DNA of 64,000 bases from the NCBI GenBank assembly GCA_963701095.1, contig OY969564.1:608001-672000 (forward strand), in the 5' to 3' direction. This document shows, piece after piece, positions 1 through 10,279 of this stretch. The notes beneath the pieces were generated by a model. The model was not told the DNA's origin. It was given only the letters and a program-made list of their open reading frames with translations, and ran no database searches. The stretch's first letter is position 1, and every line of letters starts with the position of its first letter. This DNA comes from an uncultured Methanoregulaceae archaeon. GTDB lineage: Archaea > Halobacteriota > Methanomicrobia > Methanomicrobiales > Methanospirillaceae. The position numbers were made by a program, and so were the translations under genes.

Positions 1-2
1 AA

Positions 3-1580
3 GAGCTGGATACCAAGCAACGCCTTCTCTATGAAGCTGAGGAAAAATTTTCGGCAATGACACGGGCAAAGGAACTGGCCGAACACGATCTTAATTCTGC
101 CAGGGATCTGGCGGCAGTGCAGGAGCAGGATCACCTCGCTAAAATCCAAGAGATTACTGATGCCCTTGATGTTGAGAAGGATGCGAGGTTAAAGGTTGAA
201 GATAATCTTGCACGTATTATCGAAGAAAAAGAAGCGGCAGACCAAAAACTCTTCGCAATTGCCCAAGAGAGGATTGCCGAGAGGGAGTCCAGGGAGCAGG
301 CAGCATTCCGAGAACGCGAGCTCCTCGCTAAGATTCAGGGGCTAACCGAGACCCTTGATGCCGAAAGAGATGCACGATCAAAGGCAGAAGACGACCTGGC
401 TCGCATTACAGCAAAGAAAGAGGCAGCAGACCAGAAACTCCTCGCAATTGCCCACGAAAGAGTTGTAGAAAGAGTGTCAGGGGAGCAGGCCGCAACGCGA
501 GAGCGCGAACTTCTGACAAAAATCCAGGACCTGACCGATACACTGGGTACGGAGAGGGATGCGCGATCGAAAGCAGAAGACAATCTCGCTGCCATGACCC
601 GGGAAAAAGAAGCTGCAGAACTTCAATTGCATGCCGTAACCGAAGACGTAGCAAAAGAAGAGGCCCCGGGTAATGAGCGTATTACAACGCTCGAAGCCGA
701 TCTCAAAATTGCCCTTGAACGACAGCGATCCCTGGAAGAGCAGCTCCGCGCTGCTGAACGGGAGCAGGCCGATAAAGAGGCCACTGTGCAGGCTCTTACT
801 GTAGAGATTGAAAAGGCTACCGCGGCACTCTTTGCAGAAAAAGAGGAAAGACATGCGGCAGAAGATGCATATGCCGAAGCAAAAAACGTTCTTGTCGCAT
901 TGAGGAAAAAGCCGCAGATCCCATCCTCGGCAATAGAAGAGGTTCAGATAGCAGACCACGCACTCATATCCAAAAAACCGGATCTTCCGGTCATGATTTC
1001 AGGTGGTTCGCATGCCCTTGCCAGAAAAGAGATTGATCGACCTGTCCCGGTACAGGCAGATCCAACGACGCCGGATACCAGTGACGAAATGGAAAACCCC
1101 CATCTCAGGATCAAAAGCGTTGAAGACCTTTTCGAAGAACCTCGTGAGATAAGGCTCGATGAACTTCCTGACGCGATCCCGACAAAAAAGGCACTGGCGG
1201 ACGAGGATGATATATCCGGAGCGCCCGAGACCGATTCCTCCGATATTGAAACAGTAGTGCGCGGTGAGGGAGGTGATCTCTCTGACGATCCTGAAGATGA
1301 TGGCGACGATGTTTGTGTTGGAGAGATTGAACAGACCGAAGATGGTGCTGAAGGCACTCATGTTAATGACGCCGGTCCCCCGACATTCAGCCGGCAACAA
1401 TGGTTTGATCTGGTAAGATGGGCGCACAATGCGGGTTCACTGAGCCATGAAGATCGTATCAGAATTGTCAAACTCGGTCGTTTGATCCAGAAAGGTAGGT
1501 TGCTTACTCATCGACAGGAATCGCAGTTAGCAGAGCTCGTGACGCTCGCCCATGCAAAAGGGTACCGGCCACCGGAATAG
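3..1580 (+). CDS. Long coiled-coil protein with 63-aa repeats, acidic linker and small helical C-terminal domain (5' partial)
   Basis: Frame is open from the window edge (pos 3) through ATG 57 to TAG 1580. E/A/K/R-rich heptad pattern. Confidence 0.75.
   Translation, partial: ELDTKQRLLYEAEEKFSAMTRAKELAEHDLNSARDLAAVQEQDHLAKIQEITDALDVEKDARLKVEDNLARIIEEKEAADQKLFAIAQERIAERESREQAAFRERELLAKIQGLTETLDAERDARSKAEDDLARITAKKEAADQKLLAIAHERVVERVSGEQAATRERELLTKIQDLTDTLGTERDARSKAEDNLAAMTREKEAAELQLHAVTEDVAKEEAPGNERITTLEADLKIALERQRSLEEQLRAAEREQADKEATVQALTVEIEKATAALFAEKEERHAAEDAYAEAKNVLVALRKKPQIPSSAIEEVQIADHALISKKPDLPVMISGGSHALARKEIDRPVPVQADPTTPDTSDEMENPHLRIKSVEDLFEEPREIRLDELPDAIPTKKALADEDDISGAPETDSSDIETVVRGEGGDLSDDPEDDGDDVCVGEIEQTEDGAEGTHVNDAGPPTFSRQQWFDLVRWAHNAGSLSHEDRIRIVKLGRLIQKGRLLTHRQESQLAELVTLAHAKGYRPPE
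135..630 (+). repeat. Intragenic tandem repeat, 189-bp (63-aa) unit, about 2.6 copies
   Basis: LAKIQ/LAKIQ/LTKIQ units start at 135, 324 and 513. GCAGACCA(A/G)AAACTC recurs at 237 and 426. Confidence 0.85.
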
Positions 1581-1689
1581 ATGGCCTGTCTCAAATTATT
1601 TTAGTCAGATCGTAAATGTCCCGGATTTTACCAATTCTGCTCTTTTTACCAAATGATGGTATTGAAAGGCCATCCCATAAAGAGAGTTT

Positions 1690-2436
1690 TTAATTATCAT
1701 CACACTGTAAGATCGGATGTATTACCAGTTTGCTTGCAGGAGCAGTATCCTGACATATTCTAACGTCAGAAGCATATATCATGAAACCTAGACTGGTTGC
1801 AAGGCCAGCCATACTGATCGTGAAAACCAGATCTGGGCGAATCAATCGTAAATTTTCAACCATAATTAGGATTACAAGTACGCTACAACCTTGGATTTGG
1901 TACAGAGTACTGCGAGAATCCGCTCGATCGCATGGACGGATCGAACCAGCAACCTTCATCGCACTGAATGGGAAGAGAGGGGAAATTCCTTTTCTTGTAC
2001 AAAGATCTTCTGCCATGTGAAGTCCAAGACCAAGAAAGATTCCGCCGAGGAATATCCCCATATACCCGGCATATGCGCTATTTATGAGCATGGCAGGAAC
2101 AAAGAAGAGAACACCTGTAAATATGGCGATAAAAAGAACGCCTGGAATGGAATGTGTAAGGCGCTTGTCAAAAGGATCCCGGACCGGATATCCTAATTGT
2201 GCATATATCCTATCCAGAACCAATACACAGAGCATCCGAGGTACCTGGACAATACCCCATGCAATAGTAAGAAAGGAGAGGTGACGCGGCCGGGACATAT
2301 GAATATCAGGAAGGATTGCACCCAGACACGTACCGGTACTGATAATAGCGACAATAAGAGGGTTTGAGAAAATAAGAGAACTGAATACAATAAGAGAGCA
2401 AACCAGGGCAAGTATTACATGGTGCCGGGTGATCAT
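1690..2436 (-). CDS. Membrane-bound metal-dependent hydrolase (YdjM/LexA-binding family)
   Basis: N-terminal HH, GAILPDI, RLTHS and HMAEDLCTRKGI motifs. Several TM segments. Confidence 0.75.
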   Translation of the reverse strand: MITRHHVILALVCSLIVFSSLIFSNPLIVAIISTGTCLGAILPDIHMSRPRHLSFLTIAWGIVQVPRMLCVLVLDRIYAQLGYPVRDPFDKRLTHSIPGVLFIAIFTGVLFFVPAMLINSAYAGYMGIFLGGIFLGLGLHMAEDLCTRKGISPLFPFSAMKVAGSIRPCDRADSRSTLYQIQGCSVLVILIMVENLRLIRPDLVFTISMAGLATSLGFMIYASDVRICQDTAPASKLVIHPILQCDDN

Positions 2437-2962
2437 GATGAGATTTTCCTTATTTTTCCGTATTTTAGTGATCTTTTGGGCAGAGGATCAAATCTAAAAT
2501 TGATATTTAGCCCGGGATTACCTCGGGTAATTCAGTTTTTGAGGACGATCGATAATAATATAGGAAAATAATCTGAGGCCGGGCACATATATGTGTTGGG
2601 ATTTAGTTGTTTTAGAAGGAATATATAATAAAAATAATTAACGAAATGCTTAACCATATCATAATCCTTCCTTAACGAACTCTTAGTGGAAACCCCAGAT
2701 AAATACATATAGTGTTAGTTCAGCGTTGTGAGGTGATTATTAGAGGGAAGAGACACAATTTGCCTCGTTTATCCGGCCGGGTTACCACCGGTTTTTAAAA
2801 AACAGGAGGACACTTATCTCTTCCGGATAATTGATCATCAAAACAAAATTTGGATTATAAAAGGTAACATTTTCTGATTACCTTTCCGACAATATAAACA
2901 AAATTTTAACTACTTTCCTGAGAAAAGATATTTGAAGAGTTAATTTTTCAGGATTGTGATTC

Positions 2963-3916
2963 ATGAAAGCAATGCTTACCCCCACGAGATTAGCGCTCAT
3001 CGGAATGATCTGCTGCCTCTTGTTCGTATCGGCACTCTTTGCCGGTTGCACGCAAAGCACAACGACTACCCCGACAACTGCCACGCCGACCGAGATACCG
3101 GCAACCCCGGTACCCACAACAGTAGAAGTAGCACCTACCGCTGCCCCGACCACTGTCGCACCTACAGCGACTCCGGCCCCTTCATTCACTCCATCCGCAA
3201 ATAACCTCGTTGTGTATACAGCTGCCTCCCTGACAGGAGCCTCCAAAACCATAGGATCTTCCTTCACGAAAGCCTACCCAAGTACAACGGTGTCATTCGA
3301 TCTTGACGGAACTCAGGCACTCAAGACTCAAGTCGAGAACGGAGCCTATGCTGATGTTTTCATCTCTGCAAGTAACAGTTATACGAACACCCTGAAAAGT
3401 GAGGGCTATTTTGTCGACGGCACCGTACAGCCCCTGGCGACAAACTACATTATTGTCATTCTTCCTCCCGCTAACACAGCAAACATCCAGTCCCTTGCCG
3501 ATCTTGCAAAGCCCGGTGTGAAGATTGCGATAGAGCAAAAGGCGGTTCCCGCTGGCACGGCAACATTAGCAGTCATCGGAAACCTTGCCAACGATACCTT
3601 GAGTCAGAGCTGGGCTAATGCAACGATGAGTAACGTCGTAACCCAAGAGACTTCCGAGCCTGCCGTTGCCGCTAAAGTAGCTCTTGGCGAAGTCGATGCA
3701 GGATTCGTATACCAGTCCACGGCGACGGCAGCACCGAGCGGCACATATACGACGCTCACCATCCCCCAGAAGGACAACTATCTCCAGACATACACTATAG
3801 GCATTCTCAAGGGAAGTCAAAACAAGGCAGCGGCAGCAGAATTCGAGCAGTATATGCTCTCATCTGCTGGCCAGCAGATACTGGCGCAGTACGGTTTTTC
3901 CGCCCCGCCAAAGTAA
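2963..3916 (+). CDS. modA: Molybdate/tungstate ABC transporter substrate-binding lipoprotein
   Basis: Lipobox FAGC, P/T-rich linker, TAASL, ADVFISA, VPAG and GEVDAGFVY motifs. Confidence 0.9.
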   Translation: MKAMLTPTRLALIGMICCLLFVSALFAGCTQSTTTTPTTATPTEIPATPVPTTVEVAPTAAPTTVAPTATPAPSFTPSANNLVVYTAASLTGASKTIGSSFTKAYPSTTVSFDLDGTQALKTQVENGAYADVFISASNSYTNTLKSEGYFVDGTVQPLATNYIIVILPPANTANIQSLADLAKPGVKIAIEQKAVPAGTATLAVIGNLANDTLSQSWANATMSNVVTQETSEPAVAAKVALGEVDAGFVYQSTATAAPSGTYTTLTIPQKDNYLQTYTIGILKGSQNKAAAAEFEQYMLSSAGQQILAQYGFSAPPK

Positions 3917-3938
3917 AAAATATCTCATCCTTTTTCCT

Positions 3939-4805
3939 ATGAGCCGGGCCGCCGGCATCCCTGCCGGTAGCGAAAACCCCATGATCATCGATCGTTTCCG
4001 GTTAAGAAACTACCGCCAGAGGCTTACATACCTTATTGCAGGGATATTGATCGCAGCAGTTACGTTGTATCTGGCACTCCCTATTTTTGCACTTTTTCTT
4101 AGGATGACACCGGATTTGTTTTTTGCCACCCTCCATGACCCGGACGTTGTAAGTGCACTCTGGCTGAGCCTGTTTACTACATTCATTACCCTTGCTGTAG
4201 TCGTTCTTGTCGGAACGCCTTTTGCCTATTTCCACTCACGGTATTCGTATCCGGGAAAGGTGATAGTTGATACCCTGATCGATCTTCCCCTTGTCCTTCC
4301 CCCGGCGGTCGCCGGTGTTGCCCTCCTCGTACTCTGGGGGAGGGCCGGGATCCTCGGCAGGTACCTCAACATGTACGGGATCACAATTGCATTCACAACA
4401 CTTGCGGTAATCATGGCACAGATCTTTGTCGCATCACCGTTCTATCTACGTCAGGCCAAATCGCTTTTTGAGCAGCTGGACCCCGCTTATGAGCAGACCG
4501 CCCGTACCCTTGGTGCCTCATCACTCCGGATCCTTACCAGTATCACCGTTCCTATGACGGCAGGTGGCCTGATTTCAGGTGCAGTCATGACTTTCGGGCG
4601 TGCCCTTGGTGAATTTGGCGCGACGATCATGTTTGCGGGTAACCTACCCGGGGTGACACAGACTATGCCCCTTGCAGTCTATGTTGGCATGGAAGGCGCC
4701 AATATCAATGTCGGGCTGACAATCTCTATCCTGCTAGTAATCATCTCATTTGGCATCATGATTGCCGTGCGCCTGATCCAGAAAAGGGAGATGCCCCATG
4801 CTTGA
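3939..4805 (+). CDS. modB: Molybdate ABC transporter permease
   Basis: DLPLVLPPAVAG, EAA-like loop EQTARTLGA, RALGEFGATIMFAGN. Confidence 0.92.
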   Translation: MSRAAGIPAGSENPMIIDRFRLRNYRQRLTYLIAGILIAAVTLYLALPIFALFLRMTPDLFFATLHDPDVVSALWLSLFTTFITLAVVVLVGTPFAYFHSRYSYPGKVIVDTLIDLPLVLPPAVAGVALLVLWGRAGILGRYLNMYGITIAFTTLAVIMAQIFVASPFYLRQAKSLFEQLDPAYEQTARTLGASSLRILTSITVPMTAGGLISGAVMTFGRALGEFGATIMFAGNLPGVTQTMPLAVYVGMEGANINVGLTISILLVIISFGIMIAVRLIQKREMPHA

Positions 4806-5496
4806 AGCCGTCATAGTAAAACAACTGCGAGACTACACGCTTGACCTGAAGCTGATAGTAAAGGCCGGCGAGATCACGGCCCTGATGGGTGTAAACGGTT
4901 CCGGGAAATCCACGACACTCAACATTATCGCCGGCCTTGTGAAACCAGACACAGCTTCTATTAGCCTCAATAACGAAGTCCTGTTCAGAACCAAGGATAA
5001 CATTGATATCCCCACTGAAGACCGCCAGATAGGATATGTTCTCCAGAACTCAGCCGTATTTCCTCATATGACTGTCCACGATAACGTCGCGTTCGGTCTT
5101 CGTGCCCGGCACCTCCCGCGTATGGACATCTCGGAACGCGTTGAGTACTGGACAGAGCATATGCATATCGAAGATTTAGTTGGGGTAAAAGCAGGGAATC
5201 TTTCTGGTGGCCAGAAACAACGGGTCGCACTTGCCAGGGCTTTTGCGGTTGAGCCCGATCTTTTAATGCTGGACGAACCGTTTACCGGGCTCGATGCAGA
5301 CAGTATGAAAGTCGTAAAAGTGCTTGTCCGGGAATTTGTTAAAAAGATGCAGATACCCTGCATTACGGTTACGCACCGTGCTGTCGACAGCGCGGATATT
5401 GGGGACTTTGCCTGTGTTCTCTGTCAGGGTAAAAAAGAATGGGAAGGCTCACCTGCAAAAATACCGGAGCTCTATTCGGTCTGTCATTGCACATGA
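4798..5496 (+). CDS. modC: Molybdate ABC transporter ATP-binding protein
   Basis: Walker A GVNGSGKST, LSGGQ signature, LMLDEP. Overlaps modB. Confidence 0.88.
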   Translation: MLEAVIVKQLRDYTLDLKLIVKAGEITALMGVNGSGKSTTLNIIAGLVKPDTASISLNNEVLFRTKDNIDIPTEDRQIGYVLQNSAVFPHMTVHDNVAFGLRARHLPRMDISERVEYWTEHMHIEDLVGVKAGNLSGGQKQRVALARAFAVEPDLLMLDEPFTGLDADSMKVVKVLVREFVKKMQIPCITVTHRAVDSADIGDFACVLCQGKKEWEGSPAKIPELYSVCHCT

Positions 5497-5748
5497 ACCT
5501 TAAGAAAGACAACACTATTTTGATCATGTGTCTGAAATAATCCAGGTACATTCTTCGGTCAGAAACTCCGAAATATTATTTGTCTGCTGATCCGGTTTGC
5601 CTAACAAATTACTGAATATCCTTTTGCACAAGCGTCGGTAGTGAGCCAAGAACAAGGGCATATTTATACCAAGCAGCAAAACAGCTGACAAGCGATCCTG
5701 CCGGCATAAAAATCCGGTTTGATGAGAGATAGGTGAGGTAATCGTTCC

Positions 5749-8180
5749 ATGACTACCGATTCAATCGGGGCAATGATCAAAAAACAGATAAAACCTGCGG
5801 TTCTGATTTTTTTACTGCTTACCCTCGTAGTAGGCGTTCTTTATCCGCTTTTAGTCACCGGTATCGCGCAGGTGGCCTTTCCGGTCCAGGCAAACGGAGA
5901 TATTCTTGTACACAACGGCAAAGTTGTCGGATCGTCACAGATAGGGCAACCGTTCTCGTCCCCGCAATATTTCTGGGGACGCCCTTCGGCAACTTCCCCG
6001 GTACCCGACAACGCAGATTCTTCTACCGGATCTAATCTTGGCCCCAATAACCCGGTACTTGAACAGCAGGTGCAGGCCCGGTGGAAGCCCTTCATGCGAT
6101 AGATCCCAATAATACCAACGAGATCCCTGTGGATCTCGTCACGACATCGGGAAGTGGCCTCGATCCCGACATCTCAGTTGCAGCTGCGTATTACCAGATC
6201 CCCCGTGTCTCCCGTGAACGCAACCTCTTACAAGCCGATGTCACGGCACTTGTTAATTCACAGATCGAACCCCGGCAGTTCGGCATATTTGGTCAATCCC
6301 GGGTAAACGTTCTTTCATTGAACCTAGCTCTTGACGATCTCAGCGCACATGCGATCTCTGCAAAAGAGCTTTCCGGATCCTCACCCATACCGGAGAATCG
6401 TGGCCCGGATCTGCTCTTTGGTATGGAAATACAGGATTGGATCCAGATACTCCTTTTCATTTTCATAGTCGCAGTTATCACGGTTCCTCTCGGATCGTGG
6501 ATGGCAAAAATATTCACCGGTAAGCCTAATTTCCTCTCTCCGGTCACCGACTGGTTCGAACAAAAAGTTCTAACGATCTGTGGCGTCAGCATAGGCGAGG
6601 AGATGGACTGGAAGGAGTTTGCAGTAGCCGTAATGGTATTTGCCGTTCCCTGCATTGGCGTTGTTTTTGTAATACAGCTTGTTCAGCAGTTCCTGCCCCT
6701 CAACCCGGCAGGACTGGGGTCCGTGCCGTGGGATCTTTCTTTGAATACCGCGATCAGTTTTGCGACAAACACCAACTGGCAGGCATATGTGCCGGAAGTA
6801 ACAGTCAGTTATTTTACCCAGATGGTGGGTCTGGTAGTCCAGAATTTCATCTCAGCTGCAGTCGGAATTGCTGTTCTTATCGCGCTCATCTATGCATTTA
6901 TGCGACGATCGGCAACTACCATTGGTAATTTTTGGGTGCTGTTGGTTCGTGCGGTCATTTTTTTGATCCCGCTCGCTCTCGTTATATCTCTCGTGCTTGT
7001 TTCTCAGGGAACCCCCCAGACGTTCGGCGGTCCGGTTACAGTTCCTCTGCTTAACCCGATCAACGATTCTTCCGGAAATCTGGTAACCACTCAGACTATC
7101 CCGCTTGGGCCGGTAGCATCACAAATCGCCATCAAGATGCTCGGTACAAATGGCGGTGGATACTACAATGCCAACTCTGCGCATCCTCTCGAAAATCCGA
7201 CACCTTTCTCCAATTTTGTAGAAATGCTTGCTATGATCATTATTCCTGCCGCGCTCTGTATAGCGTTTGGGGCAATGATCGGCTCGAGACGCAAAGGAGT
7301 CGCTCTTCTCATCGCCATGTCAATTATTTTCCTTCCACTGGCCGGTCTTGCCATATGGTCAGAACAAAGCGGAAACCCGGTACTTACCCCGCTCGGTGTC
7401 GATCAAGCTCCCTCTCATCTCCAGTCGGGAGGGAATATGGAAGGAAAAGAGGTACGATTCGGCATTGTTTCTTCAGCCCTTTTTGCTGTCATAACCACGA
7501 GTACCTCCTGTGGTGCAGTCAACTCGATGCATGATTCGTTTATGCCCATTGCTGGCGGAATTGTCCTTTTTGATATGCATCTGGGAGAGGTTGTTTTTGG
7601 AGGTGTCGGATCCGGTTTATACGGGATGCTCATCTTTGTCATTATAGCGATGTTTATTGCCGGCCTGATGGTAGGCCGGACACCGGAACTCTATGGCAAG
7701 AAGATCGAGCAGTGGGAGATGAAGATGGCTACGATAATTATCCTCGTCCCCATCATCATGATTCTTGCCTTCACGTCCCTCGCTGTCCTGACAAGTGCCG
7801 GCCAGGCTGGCGTTTTTAACCCGGGACCGCATGGATTTACCGAGATCCTGTACGCATATACCTCAGCATCCCAGAACAACGGCAGTGCTTTTGCCGGTCT
7901 GAATGCAGATTCCCTGTTCTACAACATTACAACAGCAATTGCGATGTTTATCGGGCGCTATTTAGTCATTATCCTGACACTCGCACTCGCTGGATCACTT
8001 GTCACAAAAAAGATTGTTCCACCCAGTGAAGGCACGCTGTCGGATCATCGGCCGCTGTTTATTTTGTGGCTGGTGTTTGTCATTATCATCGTTGGAGCGC
8101 TTAGTTTCCTGCCAGCTCTTTCGCTTGGTCCTATTGCAGAGTATATGAGTATGGTTGCGGGGGGGCTGATCCATGTCTGA
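5749..8180 (+). CDS. kdpA: K+-transporting ATPase KdpC-KdpA fusion (one probable sequencing frameshift near 6080)
   Basis: 5749-6080 encodes the KdpC N-half (IGQPFSSPQYFWGRPS, GSNLGP). ORF 6081-8180 carries the KdpC C-half (DLVTTSGSGLDPDIS, RVNVLSLNLALD), a linker, then full KdpA with filter motifs NTNWQ, TNGGG, SCGAVN and NNGSAF. No stop between the two parts. Confidence 0.85.
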
Positions 8181-10272
8181 TACAAAAAAGCCGCGTAATG
8201 GGACTGCGATCCCTGGTCTTTACCAGCGTGCAGTTGTGGATGCATTCTTCAAACTGGATCCGCGGACACTTATCAACAACCCGGTAATGTTTACCGTGGA
8301 AGTCGGTAGTGCCATAACGACTCTGCTCTATTTCCAAGCACTTCTCGGTCCGGGAGAGGCTCCGCCGGTTTTATTGGCGCTATCTCCGCATGGCTCTGGT
8401 TCACGGTGCTTTTTGCTAACTTTGCGGAAGCACTTGCTGAAGGCCGGGGTAAGGCGCAAGCTGAATCTCTCCGTAAGATGCGGCAGGACACCACCGCAAA
8501 AAGGCTCAAACCAAAGTACAAAATAATCAAAGGGAGCGAACCCCAGGAAACAGATTTCGAAATAGTTTCATCTTCGATCCTGCAAAAATCCGAACTTTTC
8601 TATGTCAGGGCCGGGGATTTAATTCCGGTTGACGGTGAGATTTTAGAAGGTATCGCATCAATCAACGAGAGCGCGATTACTGGCGAAAGCGCCCCGGTTA
8701 TCCGGGAAGCCGGCGGTGATCGCAGTGCAGTCACGGGAGGGACAGCTCTTCTCTCCGATTGGTTGATTGTCAAAGTCAGTGCAAATCCTGGCGAAGGGTT
8801 CCTTGATCATATGATAAGCCTTATCGAAGGAGCAAAGCGCCAGAAAACACCCAACGAGATCGCGCTCAATATCCTTCTGCTCGGCCTTACTACCGTCTTC
8901 ATTGTTGTTGCAGCGTCCCTTTATGCATTTTCCGGATATAGCGTACAGGCAGTCGGCGCCGGAACAACAATATCCATAACCGTGCTTGTTGCGCTCTTTG
9001 TCTGTCTTGCACCGACTACTATTGGAGGGCTCCTTTCTGCCATCGGAATTGCAGGAATGGACAGGTTGATCCAGAGGAACGTAATAACGACATCAGGCAG
9101 GGCTATCGAGGCTGCCGGTGACGTGGATGTCCTCCTGCTTGATAAGACTGGTACAATTACGCTCGGGAACCGGCAAGCCGTTGAATTTATCCCGGTGGAC
9201 GAGACAAAGATAGAGGATCTTGCCGGGGTCGCTCAGACTGGCGTCTCTTGCCGATGAAACTCCAGAAGGCCGAAGTATTGTTGTACTTGCAAAGGAGAAG
9301 TACGGCCTCCGCGGCAGGACTGTCGGAGCATCCGGTGACGATGCCGGTATGCAGTTTGTCCCGTTCTCAAGCCAGACACGAATGAGTGGGGTCGACCATG
9401 GTGATCTCCACATACGAAAAGGCGCTGCTGATGCCCTATATAAGTACATTCATGCGAGCGGAAATGTCGTTTCAGATCAGCTCAGGGAAGCTGTAGATAC
9501 TATCTCACGGGCTGGGGGAACGCCACTTGTTGTGGCACAAAATGGAAAAGCGCTCGGTGTTATTCATTTAAAAGATATCGTAAAGGGCGGGATCAAGGAA
9601 CGTTTCGTCCAGCTCAGGAAAATGGGCATCAAGACGGTGATGATTACCGGTGACAACCGGCTTACCGCTGCGACGATTGCGGCTGAAGCTGGTGTCGATG
9701 ATTTCCTTGCCGAGGCCACACCTGAAAGTAAATTAAAATTGATCCGTGAATATCAGGCCGGTGGTCGGATGGTGGCAATGACCGGAGACGGCACAAACGA
9801 TGCCCCGGCACTTGCCCAGGCAGACGTTGCCGTCGCTATGAATACCGGTACACAGCCTGCACGTGAAGCCGCCAACATGATCGATCTCGATTCCAACCCT
9901 ACCAAACTTATCGAGATCGTTGAAATCGGAAAACAGTTGCTTATGACCAGAGGGGCCTTAACGACGTTCTCAATTGCTAACGATATTGCCAAATATTTCG
10001 CCATTATCCCGGTTGCTTTTGCCACGACGTACCCATCGCTTTCCGCACTCAACATTCTGGGGCTTCACAACGGGATTCTTTCGGCAGTCATTTTCAACGC
10101 GATTATTATCGTCCTGCTTATACCGCTTGCATTGAGAGGAGTGAAATATCGTGCAATGTCTGCTGAAGAGGCGTTACGCAACAATATTCTGATTTTTGGG
10201 ATTGGTGGTATCATAGCACCCTTTATCGGGATAAAGATTATCGATATACTGCTTGTTTTCTTTGGAGTGTGA
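8173..10272 (+). CDS. kdpB: K+-transporting P-type ATPase subunit B (two probable sequencing frameshifts near 8365 and 9238)
   Basis: [26 protein letters not shown] and TGDGTND motifs across three consecutive frames. Confidence 0.93.
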
Positions 10273-10279
10273 CAAATCT

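Noticed and set aside
5500..5748. c-di-AMP (ydaO) riboswitch or kdpF upstream of kdp
   Set aside because: No ydaO consensus elements and no short hydrophobic KdpF-like ORF were recognisable.
5749..10272. Programmed frameshifting or pseudogenisation of kdp (and of katG, truD, acs, herA)
   Set aside because: There are no slippery heptamers at the breaks, and the indels also hit housekeeping genes with intact motifs. Sequencing error is the simpler explanation.
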